A stretch of DNA of 64,000 nucleotides, taken from the NCBI GenBank assembly GCA_001661245.1, contig KV454012.1, positions 62,001 through 126,000 on the forward strand. Direction: 5' to 3'. Both the position numbers and the translations under genes were made by a program. Below are positions 12,101 to 23,800 of this stretch, in pieces; position 1 is the stretch's first letter; each line of letters opens with the position of its first letter. Below the pieces are notes generated by a model that had not been told where the DNA came from, did no database searches, and worked only from the letters and a program-made list of their open reading frames with translations. Source of the DNA: Pachysolen tannophilus NRRL Y-2460. Its lineage: Eukaryota.

Positions 12101-12404
12101 ATTCTTGCTTTTTTGGAGGTATACCTTCAGGCCACTCTGTACGAGCAAGACCAACAAATTTTAAAGAAATCGATTTAATTTTCACCGGCTTTGTTATCCT
12201 TAAGAACAAAGAACCTCTTAGCATCAGAGGAGGTCTTTCCTTATATTCAGATTCTTCAAATCCTTGAACATATAAAATTTTTTCAGCTAATATAACATAA
12301 AGTTGAACCGACCCGGAATGTGCCAATGGCTTTGGTGGTAATTTCACAGAGGTAGAACTAGATAATGCCTGCTGTGGAAATATGGGGGAATTCACACCAT
12401 TCAT
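9117..12404 (-). CDS. ALY2: Alpha-arrestin, Aly1/Aly2 type
   Basis: LRGSL...RTEWPEGIPPKK, DWEDQLNYEI, RRHYEISIDSP; PY motifs LPSY and PPPY; first ATG at 12404. Confidence 0.85.
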   Translation of the reverse strand: MNGVNSPIFPQQALSSSTSVKLPPKPLAHSGSVQLYVILAEKILYVQGFEESEYKERPPLMLRGSLFLRITKPVKIKSISLKFVGLARTEWPEGIPPKKQEYAEINTILKHKWNFFNSSSDVILPNKGANIYRQSQDNDDISSFSLDPTVSRNLTSTISRETANNRDSSNSIASVLRRATSPSPIRSRSNTAATNLFNHLTGSNINDHNNNNNNNNNNNNNNSSNDLTSVKSASTITDYSDNKVFPPGDYIYNFELPIESSTPETIGVTFGSVDYALEASVERAGAFKTSLFGKEDITIIRIPSDLSLSENEPIAITRDWEDQLNYEIVIASKALILNTYLPLAFRLTPLAKVKLHRIRVYLTENLEYYCRDKRVHRLEPTKKYLLLEHKPLEGHDNLLGDNEISTKELEFQVFIPEKLNERQKLHPDTSYQNIQSHHWIKICLRLSKVDPENPEKRRHYEISIDSPIHVLSSLATHANTLLPSYDGRIFTTSLAASLPDHSHDYLHVPPLSPGVVAVDNSLDSIMTSDRHYPRGHGLYHDDVYVPDMHLSSNIYQPKDIAPELTSPQAQPFSPVVSPQMQVLSPILKELVNSPENVDLLPNTGSSSQLTLSGNSQRMTRPIHFLRRPSMNPPPFDAEFSPPPCDDEPPPYDELDKEADIGDVFEFTGLSPNMPNSIMRATSPERIASISRLPSPIPGSSRLNLSAVAPEVRGRTASARPKAVDGENSSTSANKHTPHPRQLLPTTAESILNELEFEADDVLTSKLGSPGSPSSPGTLPATTALDNTNVGPQMTASELDRPQMRLSNYFPGSRNSSVSSFHSQLSQQSSVQDTMIGEPLLQNTSRAMSKTVSREGLYHPSPYHEANQRNESIDITSMFGNYDLSGPISNNNNKADNNNDNDNNINNNNNSNNNNDNNNNITTTTTNNDVSDKYSSTMPQQQRSESIWHTFNSDYSSINKPLTIKTKKSTDNTKPGDATLFNKSYLDDPEIPSPVDPVNARTKRNTSFGVVPVFKNIHNSAHKNGLADVESVATSGSLHDSLSSEDSNNTLHVIQNEGSSNNSERDILVGSINEVKSDRRNHNNGNTDDHGISTAF

Positions 12405-13157
12405 CTTCCTGGTGATTATATCCAATCTAATCTATAATATGATTTGTTGTATAACCGCCGTTTGATTTCTTTTTTTTTATAATATTATATTACTATCTGG
12501 TACTTATCCGGCGTTATATTTTAGATAACCAGCAGAGAAATAATAAAAACTGAGAAATTGAAAATTAACATAGAAAAATAGAAAGTAGTTCACTAAAAGC
12601 ACAAAAGTACTTAAATGGAAATTTGAGCCATTTTCAGGTCTTTTTTTTTTTGTTTAAAGAACAAGAAAAAAGTTAAAAAAAAATGTAAAATAAAGGTAGT
12701 GTGTTAGTTGTCCAATACGTTCGGATATGGAAGCTATTTTTTTTTTTTTTTCTTTTCCTTTTTTTCCTTTTTTTCCTTTTTTTTGCCTTTTTCGAAAATG
12801 CTAAATTAGTTTCCCAATTAGGCAGTTAGGCATTAGGCATTAAGCAATTAGGAAATGTGTTCCAAACACCCTAGATTACAAGGGTATCTTCTTTATACAC
12901 GTGAATAAATCCAGTTTTAACAGTTTTTCTCTCTTTTTTTTTTTTTATTTAAAAAAAAAATCTTGCCCTTCTGCCCGTCTGTCATTTCCAAAATTTCAAA
13001 AAAAAAAATTTTTTTTGATTTTTTTTGATATTTAAAACTTGCATCTTGCATGAATAAAGGTGCGGCTATTAAACTAGATGAATGCAGAATTACAAACCTA
13101 AAAAGAAAAGAAAAGTTATATATCTATAATTGGATACTATTATTATATTATTCCTAT

Positions 13158-14273
13158 TTATTTTCTCTTATTCAGTACTAGTTCACCCAACAAAGCAAAT
13201 AATAACAAGACCATGCATTCCTCGATAAACCCAACACCAAGGTAAATTTTCCAATCACCTAATAAGATGGTATACTTGTAGTCACTTTCATTAATAGTAC
13301 CATCAAAGACATAACCATGGAATTTTAAAGCTCCACATAAGGAATATATGATTCTTAGAAAAAGGAAAACTTGAACTGCAAATAAGATGTATAAAACTGG
13401 TCCAACTGAATATTCAGCATCTTTTGAATCTTTTGTTTTTAAATATATGGTGAATTTCATCACTAATAAGAATAATGCTGCTAATGCAGATGCCAAATAT
13501 AAGAAAGATGCAGCTATCAAGACTTTTTTCGCATCTTGAGTGTCCTGTGATGATAAGCCAGCACCAATCAGAGATAAAATAATGGCAATTCTAGTTAACA
13601 TAGCAGTAATTCTTTGTAATAATGGCATTGCATATTTTGAATTATTTGCATTATTTGGACCACCATCATTAGTTTTTTTTTGATGAATAGTAGATTCTCT
13701 TGATTGTTTATTTTTAGCCTGCATTTCTAAAACTGTAGTAACCAGTTTTTTCAATAATCCATAAATAATAGAACCAGGTAAATACCTTGCCCTTGAATAT
13801 GATCCTCCTTTTAAAGTGTCAACATCAACTTCTGGATCCTCTCGATGCTTATACGTTTCATAGATATAACCATCATCAACAATTTCAGCATTATTATCGC
13901 TAACATCTCTATCAGAAACATCAATATAACTTAAGAAAAATGACTCAATTCTCAATAAGAAACCAAGACAAACAGAATCTAAAACTATAGAAGCAACACT
14001 AAGACCTATTAAAGTATTAGAAGAAGCATTATTCAATCCATATAACAAGACACCACATATACCACCGCCAACTTTAAATGAACAATATAATGAAAAAAGG
14101 AAAATAAATGGGAAAAAATAGAAAAACCTGCCAATTAAGCCACCTTTAGGTGCCAATCTCTTTTCTTTTGAGAATCTGTGACATACATAACCCAAGTGTA
14201 CGGCTAATAAAAACGCAACAGCATAGTAAAATATTTGAACATATGAAATAACTTTCCAACCACTAACAGACAT
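13158..14273 (-). CDS. Fungal multi-pass (about 7 TM) integral membrane protein
   Basis: Several hydrophobic helices; FLFLRIIYS and GFIEE motifs near the C-terminus. Confidence 0.75.
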   Translation of the reverse strand: MSVSGWKVISYVQIFYYAVAFLLAVHLGYVCHRFSKEKRLAPKGGLIGRFFYFFPFIFLFSLYCSFKVGGGICGVLLYGLNNASSNTLIGLSVASIVLDSVCLGFLLRIESFFLSYIDVSDRDVSDNNAEIVDDGYIYETYKHREDPEVDVDTLKGGSYSRARYLPGSIIYGLLKKLVTTVLEMQAKNKQSRESTIHQKKTNDGGPNNANNSKYAMPLLQRITAMLTRIAIILSLIGAGLSSQDTQDAKKVLIAASFLYLASALAALFLLVMKFTIYLKTKDSKDAEYSVGPVLYILFAVQVFLFLRIIYSLCGALKFHGYVFDGTINESDYKYTILLGDWKIYLGVGFIEECMVLLLFALLGELVLNKRK

Positions 14274-14771
14274 TCTTTCTTTCTTTCTTTCTTTGCTTCT
14301 TGATAATAAAACAATTCCTTGATTCTTGAATAAATCTCAAATTTTCTCAAAGCCGTACCTTCACCTCTTTATACCTTTCCCAATTCTCTTCTTTTCCATC
14401 ATCTTTTGATGGTTGACGCAGGTAAAGGACGCAGGTAACAGATTTATTTAAAACGCGATTACGTAATCGGGAAGTTTTCTAAAATAGTCACTATCTCCAT
14501 GAGTAAAAGGCAAAGTATTAATCAAATAATTAATTAATTAATACCAATTTTTATTATCTATTCTAATTCTTTATAATGTGAAATTGTTTGGTGGTCATTA
14601 TTATTGAAAAAGAAAGAAAAATAGGAAAGCCAAAAAAAAAAATATTTTTTGGGTTGTTAATAATTCTATTGTTCTTACTTACCGATTATCTAATCGCATC
14701 AAGTTTAAAAATTGAAAAGGCTTATTTATTATCTTTATATAAACTGACTCAAGCTTGTGACAGGGTAAAAA

Positions 14772-16487
14772 ATGGATGAGATAGGTGTTGAAGATATTTT
14801 ATGCTCGTCATCCGAAGGTTCTAGTGTTTCAGACAATATTGATTTGATTGAGTTGATTGAATCTATAGATGTTGGTGATAGGGTTGATGGCGTCAATGCA
14901 TCATTTCGTGAACCATCTTGTGATGACTCTTTAGAGATGAGACACCATAAAAATTCTAAAAAATTCAAAAATAAAGATGAGATTTCAAATATTAAAAATA
15001 AAACTAAAAAAAGACGACCCCCATCATTAAAGAATCCTGCTTGTCTTAGTTGTAAGAAATTGAAAATAAAATGTGATCGTGTTAAACCAAAATGTGAATA
15101 TTGTCATCATACGGGGAGAAATTGTACTTATCCTGTTCTTCTGATAGAAAATTTGAATTATAATCATAATTCTTCTTTTAAAAATAAGAAAAAATTACAA
15201 AAAAAATTACAAATGGATTTAAAATGTGCTGAATTCTTGGTAAATCAAAGAAATTCAAATACTTTACTTTTAAATGTAACTCTGACAGAATTACAATTGT
15301 TACTGTTTTATAGGGATTTTAACCTGCAATGGTTTTGCTGCGAGGAAAATCCAGAAGCTCTGAAAGTTTGGAGTGAAACGGTTCCCGCATTATGGAAGGA
15401 AAATAAAAATATAAGAGATGGAATATATTGTATTAGTTCGATCCGTTTATGGTCTGAATACGATTTAAACTCTTTGCAAAATGTTCGTTTAAATCAAGAA
15501 GATGAATCCTTGTATGAATATACGGGGAAATATTTTGGTTTATGTATACAACTGTTACAAGAAGTTTGTTCTGCAATAATAAACACTAAAAATCAAAAAG
15601 ATATTGATGATAAAGTTGGTGAAATTATGGTTTTAAATTATATAATATTTAGCTTCTTGGGTATACATCCACACAAAGTGGTACCTTTAATTAATTTGAA
15701 AGGATTAGGATTTGATTTTGATGATCGGCTCATGTTCAACGTAAATGATAATGATAATAACAATGATAATGATAATGGTAAATTTGATTGTGATTATGAT
15801 GATGATGGACTGGATATATTTTCAATAGTAAGCGGGTTTAAATCATCAATGGCTGCATGCTTTGATAGAGTTGTAGCTTCTGATTTCAAAGCTTTATTAT
15901 ATTTGAAAGAAAGAATTCGCCCTGAAGAAGACATGAATTTTACCGGATTTTCCTTCATTTCACATTTATACTCAAAATTAGATCGGGTAAAATTATGTTT
16001 TTCAACAGATGAATATAACACTTTGCATCAAACTATCAAAGAACTAGAAGTTTGTGCTTATAGGTCAACAAAATTTGAATATCTGTTTCCATTATTTCGT
16101 TTCCTATTCCATGTTCCCTCAAATTTCAAGACAATTTTAAAAAATGGAAATATTTTTGCAATGAAAGTCTTATTCATCTATTCATGTGCTTGTGTATTAA
16201 CATGTTTCCATCTTTTCAAAGAAACAAATATTTGGGTCGATTTCATCTATTTTTACAGAAACTTAAAAGTTGCAGGTAATTATCAAAAAAGAAATAAATT
16301 TAGAAACATTTACAATATTGATACCGGTATGAATAATATTGATTATGAAAATGTTTTATACGATACTATTTTATGGGATTCAGATGATCAAAAACTTTAT
16401 AACTTTGTATTTGACTCTCGGTTCCAGTTAACAAGGCACAACGAGATTGAAAGTTTATTTCAAAAATTAGAAGAGCTACATATTTAG
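14772..16487 (+). CDS. Zn(II)2Cys6 transcription factor with Upc2-like C-terminal domain
   Basis: ACLSCKKLKIKCDRVKPKCEYCHHTGRNCTY; ELQLLLFY...VWSETVP. Confidence 0.88.
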   Translation: MDEIGVEDILCSSSEGSSVSDNIDLIELIESIDVGDRVDGVNASFREPSCDDSLEMRHHKNSKKFKNKDEISNIKNKTKKRRPPSLKNPACLSCKKLKIKCDRVKPKCEYCHHTGRNCTYPVLLIENLNYNHNSSFKNKKKLQKKLQMDLKCAEFLVNQRNSNTLLLNVTLTELQLLLFYRDFNLQWFCCEENPEALKVWSETVPALWKENKNIRDGIYCISSIRLWSEYDLNSLQNVRLNQEDESLYEYTGKYFGLCIQLLQEVCSAIINTKNQKDIDDKVGEIMVLNYIIFSFLGIHPHKVVPLINLKGLGFDFDDRLMFNVNDNDNNNDNDNGKFDCDYDDDGLDIFSIVSGFKSSMAACFDRVVASDFKALLYLKERIRPEEDMNFTGFSFISHLYSKLDRVKLCFSTDEYNTLHQTIKELEVCAYRSTKFEYLFPLFRFLFHVPSNFKTILKNGNIFAMKVLFIYSCACVLTCFHLFKETNIWVDFIYFYRNLKVAGNYQKRNKFRNIYNIDTGMNNIDYENVLYDTILWDSDDQKLYNFVFDSRFQLTRHNEIESLFQKLEELHI

Positions 16488-17074
16488 CTTTATGCTAATA
16501 CAACGTTACAAAAAAAAAATTTTTAAAAATGTATACCATTTATAATAAAATTTATGTTATTGTTTATGAAGATTGCCAGTAGAAGTGTTTTTCAAAGGTA
16601 TTCTCCGTTTATTAACTTCTTTTTTTAGATTCCAAAATTTTCACTTGCTTCGATGACAAATTTAATAACGATACTTTTAGTAAATGATGCTTATGTAGAA
16701 AACGTTTTCACTAAAAATAAACAGCAAATAACTATTTCTAGAAAATATTGAACAATTGGTTACACCAATATATTTTCTTTTCAAAAGATTTAAAAGGAAT
16801 TGAAAAATAAAGTTTCGGTTCGTACTTATTTTAAATTAGAGTTATTTATATATCAACAGATGATTAAGACAAGATGCTGAAATTTGTTTTAAAAATAGAT
16901 AGGATGATGACCTTGTGTTTTTCTATAATTAATACTTTGACTCGGTTATTGAGTTATTGAGTTATAGAAGAATTAAAGAAAAAAAAATATATAAACCCTT
17001 TGAAACTCCCATCTTTTCGTCTTCAGAATTATCTGTAATAGCAATTTACTTATTATTGATAACATTAAAAGAAA

Positions 17075-17536
17075 ATGAAATTTACTTTATTAACAGCTTT
17101 ACTTTCGCTCGCATCTATCGTTTCATACGGCGTTGAAGGTGCAACTTCAACTATTGAGTTGAAGGCAGTCTCTAATAATTCAGCAGTCAATGGTTTGGGT
17201 TTGTCTTCAGTTCATGAAGGTGCTGGTATTAATTACTTTTTCTTAGGTCAAGGTTCTGAAAAGTTAACTTATGATGGTGTTAGCACAATTTACGTTGAAG
17301 ATTCTTTACATCAAACTTTTCAAGTTGATAGTTCAATTCTTGAACTTTCTGTTACTACCACCTATAATCATTGGACTTTTGACAATAATAATTACTTAGC
17401 TCTCAACGGTTCAACAGATGGTTTTTACGCATGCAAAAACTTTAATGATCCTTACAGTTACTCTTCAAACGAGTATGGTGTTCTTACAGAAAAGGTCAAC
17501 TCTGATTGTTTACCAATTAAGATTTCCAAGGCCTAA
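17075..17536 (+). CDS. Small secreted/cell-wall protein (Candida Pga29/30/31-like domain, no GPI tail)
   Basis: Signal peptide; HEGAGINYFFLG and FYACKNFNDPYSYS motifs. Confidence 0.8.
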   Translation: MKFTLLTALLSLASIVSYGVEGATSTIELKAVSNNSAVNGLGLSSVHEGAGINYFFLGQGSEKLTYDGVSTIYVEDSLHQTFQVDSSILELSVTTTYNHWTFDNNNYLALNGSTDGFYACKNFNDPYSYSSNEYGVLTEKVNSDCLPIKISKA

Positions 17537-18989
17537 ATCGAGTTAAATAAAAAAAAAAAAATTCAAAAGCACCGTTTTTTTTTTTGCATTCTTGTTGAAG
17601 CAAGTTAGATCTTTTTTTTTTTCAAGGTGTGCTATTCAGTAATTAAATCTATAGCTTTATTTTCCCATTTTCTAAAACTTCTTCTTTTTTTTTCTTTTTC
17701 ATTTTTTTCATTTACTCTTCATTTTTAGTTAAAAATAAAAAAACTTTTCTATAACAAAATATCAATAACCAATTACGTTGAAAATAAAGTAAGAGTTCCT
17801 CCCCCCAAAAAAAAGAACTTTTCTTTTTTCTTTCAGGGACCGTTAGCCTAAATTATCGTTGACCTGAAATACGGTTTGAGAAAAAACACACAAGATATAT
17901 TAATTATTGAATTACTTACTAACTTTTGTCTAGTACCATTTATCCAATTTATCCAATTTATTCAATTTATTCAATTTATTCAATTCATCAACTAATCCAT
18001 TTTCAATTATGAATAAAAATAGGTATTTTTCTTTTCCTTTTGGAATAGATGCATATAGATGCATATAAAGAAATTTAAGCTGCTTTCTATTTAAAGATCA
18101 TTTTAGTGCTTATTATTGTTATTATAATTATTCAGGGTCCAGTTGAAACCTTTTTAGAAATCTTTAGTAACGTAATTTTTTAATCTTAAAAATGCACTTG
18201 AAAATTGATTTGATTAGTCAGTTTCTTGTGAGCTTGTAAAATACGTTACAAGAATCTTAGTTCGATATTAAACTGTAATATATTTTCCATTGGCTTATTC
18301 CCACAAACTTTGGAATTAGTTTTTACAATTCAACGAGTTTTCAACTAGCAATTTTTTTTTTAAAAAGTTGTTTCTCAATTAGAGGCATTAAGCACTTTGA
18401 AGTATTTCCACTATTCTTTTTTTTTGCCAAAAATGATTTACAAAATAAACATTTTTCAGGGAAATACCTTTTCTATAACATCTTTGACTCGACTAATTTA
18501 TTAAAAGGTGAGGCGTATTTTTGATTAACGCACCCTTGCATACACCATTTCTTCTTCTCAGTAAGGAATAGAAACAAATATGCATGACAAGTACAAATAT
18601 AAATAATACCATAGAAAAAAGAAAAAGCAAAAATAAAATACAGAAATGAAAGAACTTCAGCTAAACTAAGACAAAAATTAAGAAATATGCTTGTATTTCA
18701 AGAAAACTCACTCAAAACTTTTTCAAATGGTATCAGTTCCTGTTATATGATTTTATTGGTATTAAAGATTGGTTCCAGTTAATACTTATGTAAGCGGGAG
18801 ATTACGTAAGTCATCATATATTTAATACCGGGAAATCTATAATTCATTACTATAGACAGAGGGCAGTAAGGTTAAAAAGCTTTCAGCTCAATTAGTTTGA
18901 AGACGTGTCGGAACACGTATTTATTTTTTGTTTTTGAGCTTCGGTGATTGAGAATAATGATTATACTATGATACTATGACTTTGATACC

Positions 18990-19590
18990 ACCCAGATGGT
19001 GAGATAGCAGATATTTGGAATTTTAACAGTACCAAATCTATGGAAACTATGGAAAGAAAATACTATAGTTCGAGATAGCATATATTGTATGTCTTCAGTC
19101 TATTTGTGGTCTAAATATGATTTAAATTCTTTAAAAGATGTTCGTTTGGAAGATGAACAACTTACTCTTTGCGAAAGTTCAGGCTTATACTTTAATAGTT
19201 GCTTGAAACTATTGCAGAGTTTGTGCATGGAATTAACTAATAATTCACATCAAAATATGAATGATAATGATGTTGGATTTGTTGCAGTTGTAAACTACAT
19301 TTTTTTTGCTTTCTGAAGTATTCATCCACATTAGTGTAATTCCCTTGGTTAACATACCTAGATTTAATAGTAACAATATGGTTTACGAAGAAAATAACGT
19401 GGACTTGAATTAGTCAAGGAGTTTAGAAGCTTCACAGAGATTTGCTTCTCAATGATTGTATCTTCACAATTCAAATCATTATTTTTTTTTGATGAGGAAA
19501 TTTACAAACTTTTTCCCTTTATAACCGATTTGTCTAAAAAATTGGATATGATTAAAAGTTATGTTCCAAAAAAGAATTTCAAACTTTAAG
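18990..19590 (+). pseudogene. Degenerate paralogue of the Zn-cluster gene at 14772
   Basis: LWKENTIVRDSIYCMSSVYLWSKYDLNSL versus LWKENKNIRDGIYCISSIRLWSEYDLNSL; stops (FAF*SIHPH*), frameshifts, no Zn cluster. Confidence 0.85.
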
Positions 19591-19756
19591 TATTGCTATG
19601 GGATTTTTTATGATCAACAACTTTTTAATCTCGTTTTCCAAGGTCAATTCATATTAACTAATTGTCGTGAAATTAATACTTTATATCAAAAATTAAAAGA
19701 GTTAGGTATCTAGATTTTTTATCAAATGGAAGAAAAATGAACTAAATAACTTCTTT

Positions 19757-20119
19757 CTAATCTTTTTGGTTACAACCCATTTCTTCCAACACATCCACTA
19801 GTCTCAATTGACGTTGGTCTGCTATTATATTGACTAATCCCATACCAATATCTTTTAAATCATTGTATTCCCTTAATTTTCTTAGATGTTCCTTAACTAC
19901 CAACTCAGGGGTATCTTTTCCAAAACTTTTAAACAAATTAGTAAACTATAAAACTCAATTATTTTTATGATATATTTCCTAACTCATAAGAATAACATAC
20001 TCTATATCTTCAGCTAATTTTTCGTATTCTTGTTTGAGCAGTGCCAATTTACTCGATTTGGTACTCACTCTCCTCTCAATAATTTCTAAACTATTCGATG
20101 GTAACGAAAACTTGAACAT
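19757..20119 (-). CDS. SAE3: Swi5/Sae3 meiotic recombination mediator; exons 20119-20001 and 19925-19757, 95 aa
   Basis: Exon 2 encodes HLRKLREYNDLKDIGMGLVNIIADQR; 75-nt intron GTATGT...TACTAAT...AAG joins in frame; next to a LAM4/YSP2 gene as in S. cerevisiae. Confidence 0.92.
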
Positions 20120-20840
20120 TTGAAACAATTTCAGTGATAACCAAATTTTGGTCTTTTTCTTTTTTTTCTTTTTCTTTCTTTGTTTTCTAAATTGTAAAAT
20201 GGCGCTCTATTTATACCTATTTATTCTTTTTGGCCAAACCACAACATTCGAAATGTCGTACTTCCTTTTTGGGAAAATTGCTTACGGAAAGACACTTTAT
20301 ATATATTTATAATTATAGACATTCTTGTAAAACGATTAATATCAATATTGTTGATTAATAATTAAAGTGAAAGTAGCAGTCTCTTAAAGTCATTGGGAGG
20401 AAAAATTGACTGCAAAGAGAAAAAAAGAAAATTTATAATCAACAACTTATGTGATCGTATATAATGAGTACTGCATTTTTCCTACGAATTAGAATCTTGG
20501 AAATGCTCATACTCAATTCATTTTCTTTTAAGTTGACAATCCCTTCAGAGCTAGGAAGAAGCAAAAAAAAGTAGAACATGTAATCTTAATGCTTTAAAAT
20601 TAAAGCAATACTGCAATTTTGAAAGGTTTAATATTACTTCTTAAGCCCTACTCAGCTTTCTGTATTTTCATCTAGAGAAAAGCAAAAAAAAACAAAAAAA
20701 AAAAGAAAATAACTTTACAAAGTACAAGTTTCAATATTTAAACTTATTTATATTTCATTCTTGAATTAATAACATACATTAGCTATAATATTAATATTAA
20801 GAAAAAAGCTAAAAAAAAAAAAAAAAAAAAACAAAGTTCA

Positions 20841-23800
20841 CTAGTCCAACTGGTCACGTAATTCATCTAATCTCAGTTGCATTAGTCTCACCATTTCCTC
20901 TAAATTCTGCCTGGAATGGTGGTCTTTTATGTCAAATTCTTTGTCTTGAAGCTTTTTATTAGAAGTAGACTTTTTCATATGATTTCTGTCGTCAATCCAA
21001 TTCCAGATGTTGTACTCCATTTCGTTTGACAAGTAGTTTTCATCATTAAAACCTTGATCGCTAGGAATCATCAAATACTTCCTGCCGTTGATGATAACAT
21101 TTGAGGTTCCGCTTATCTCCATAGATGGCGAAACAGAAGGCAGAGACCTGAAAAGAGTCAAATATACAATTAATAAAAACATGAAAATACCCAATGGAAG
21201 TCTTAAAGAAGCAGGAATCATAGATATAATATCAGAGATCATCGATATATAATTGTTTTCAGTCTTCACTTCATGATCAGCTTCTTCTACTTTAATCTTA
21301 TCTTCTTCCTTCCTCCGAGATTTTGTGCTTGCCCTTTTGCGACGAGATATTGTATTAGTTCTTTTTCTTGTTGATAATGCTCCCAACAGAATAGTTGATT
21401 TCAATTCTGACAATATAATCTTTATGAATTCTTTCTGCCCGTCAATAGTACCTCTTTCAACTGCACCTTTAATCCAACTTTTACTAGTCCAATCAATTGA
21501 AGTCATCACCACAATTCTGGTGCGATTGTTTTCTGCCCATGAAAGCAAAAACATCGTCTTAACTGAAAATGAATTCCCACTTGGAACATCCGGAGTTTGG
21601 GTAGTTTGCAAGACATGAATTGTACTATTTAGATCAAACTTCTCAACTGTTTCTGTAATAATACATTTTGTTTGTTTTGGTCCAACAGGGGCATTAAGTG
21701 GTTTTTTATAGCTGTAACTTCTCAGCTTAATGTCATTTTCATTCCTTTCCATCTTTGGGATATCACTAATTTCATAGTTTTTGGCTTTTTCTAACGTACT
21801 CTTTATAAATAAAGAGTCATCGCCAAACAACAATAAATATATTACACCAAGAGGGCCATTAACTTTTTCATCACAAATTAATACATCGTTTGGTTTCTTA
21901 ACATACTCATTTTCCGTTGGATGGTGGGTTTTTGGACCAACCAATGGTAAACCATTAATGGATTCCTCATAATATGGTGCTCCACCTAAATGATCGGCAT
22001 AATCTTCCTGCTTTTGATTGAAATTTTGCTGTTCATCTTTATCAGACTCATTTGTCATATTTTCCATATCGGAAGTAACATCAGATACATTTACGTTGTG
22101 ACCATCGTAATCAACGTCATCACCGCTGGTATATGAATCCTCTGATCCATACGATTCAGTGTCATCTCCAGCAAGATCAACATCTTCGGCGCTTCCACCT
22201 TCAAGTTCAGAACCTAAAGCAGCACTATGTATGTTTTTATTCCAGACCACAGTCAAAAGATCAAAAGTACTATCACGAGATAGTAATGATGCAAATATAT
22301 GTTTTGAATGCAATGTTTGCACGAGTATAGCATTCGGAAAGACACCAGCTGTGGTTTTCTTTTCGATTTGAATTACCTCTTCCAACGGTATGACAAAGTT
22401 TTTAACCCAACCTAATATATTAGAATTAAAACAAATATGATTTTCACTGAGGTATATTCTCCCTTGAACTAATATTTCCCTTTGCAAAGCACAACTATAA
22501 TCTTCAATCAATCTTTCCTTTGGAGAAATCTGTTTAAAAATTTGATGAAATTCGGCCTGTGTCTTTTCATTAGCAAACGTTATATCTTTCGAATCAAACT
22601 TATTAAGGGTCATTGTACTGACCACTTTAGAAAGCAGAGGTGATAATGTACTGAGTCCATCATCATTTGTATCAGAATTATAATCAACTGCATCATCTGA
22701 AGCTGCAATCGATTTTTTGTAATTCTTTAAATGCAATTGTTTTTTTTTACGTATTATGTTTTCTGGTGCAAGAGAGATGGAATCACTGAACTTCAGAAAG
22801 CTTGGCGATAATGTTCTTCTTCTTGGAGAGATTGATTTTCTTTCAAGACCCGATTTAGCTGAAGGAGTTCGCACAATAGAATTATTATTACTAGTAGTAG
22901 CAACAGGAGCACTTAAAAATCCCTGATTGACATTATTTGTTTCCTGCTGTGGAAGTAATGGTCTCTTAGTTGTCTCCTCTGGTAATTCAATTGAAATTCT
23001 TGGAGGAACATTGTCATTTACAGCTGGTTGTAGCTCTTCACTCAGCTCCTCGTTTGAATTGCTGTTGCTGCTGCTATTTTTATCATTGAAATCTGATAAG
23101 TTCAAATCTCCTTTACCCAAAGTATTTAATTGTGACTTTCTTACTGCTTTAAATGTTATTCCCTTAGTAATGTCTTCAATTGGAGAGTCTGATAATGGTT
23201 TCATATTACTTGGTGTTTCGTTAACATTTTTGTTGGTTAAAATTGTGTCAATATGTTGCGATAAGGAATCATTGTATAAATTATTTAAATAGAATGATGT
23301 ATTATTAGAATTTGAACCAACAGCGTCTGAAGCTAAAAGTTTTATTGTAGAAAGAACATCACTGAATTTTGATTTAGGTTCAGCTTTCAGTTTAATATTA
23401 TTATTTATTCCAGTAGAATTTATCATGGAATCTTTATCATCATCGTCATCAGTTTGTCCATTCAATGATGCATGTGTTGCATTTTGATCAGGACCCATTG
23501 AAGTGATATGACTAGCAGCATTCTGAGCTGCTGAAATAAAAGATGAAAACAATCCACCTCCTTCATTAGAAACACTATTGTTTCTTTTACCACTACTGCT
23601 CAGACCGTTCAGATGACGCGAATCACCTTCCATCACTGATGAATCGTTATTCACTGTACTAGTGTTAATATCTGTTGAATTTGCAAAAGAAGATGGAGAA
23701 AGTGGTCTTCGAAAATTACTTGTATCAGAACTATTATCTTTAAATGACGTTACTGGAGAAGACAAATTGCTACGTGTCTTCCTCAGTTTCTTGGTAGAAG

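Noticed and set aside
9265..12267. Antisense and alternative-frame ORFs over ALY2 (similar ones occur over YSP2, AIM22, RPH1, MSH6)
   Set aside because: Shadows of codon bias and poly-Asn tracts (poly-Leu/Ile), mostly with non-ATG starts
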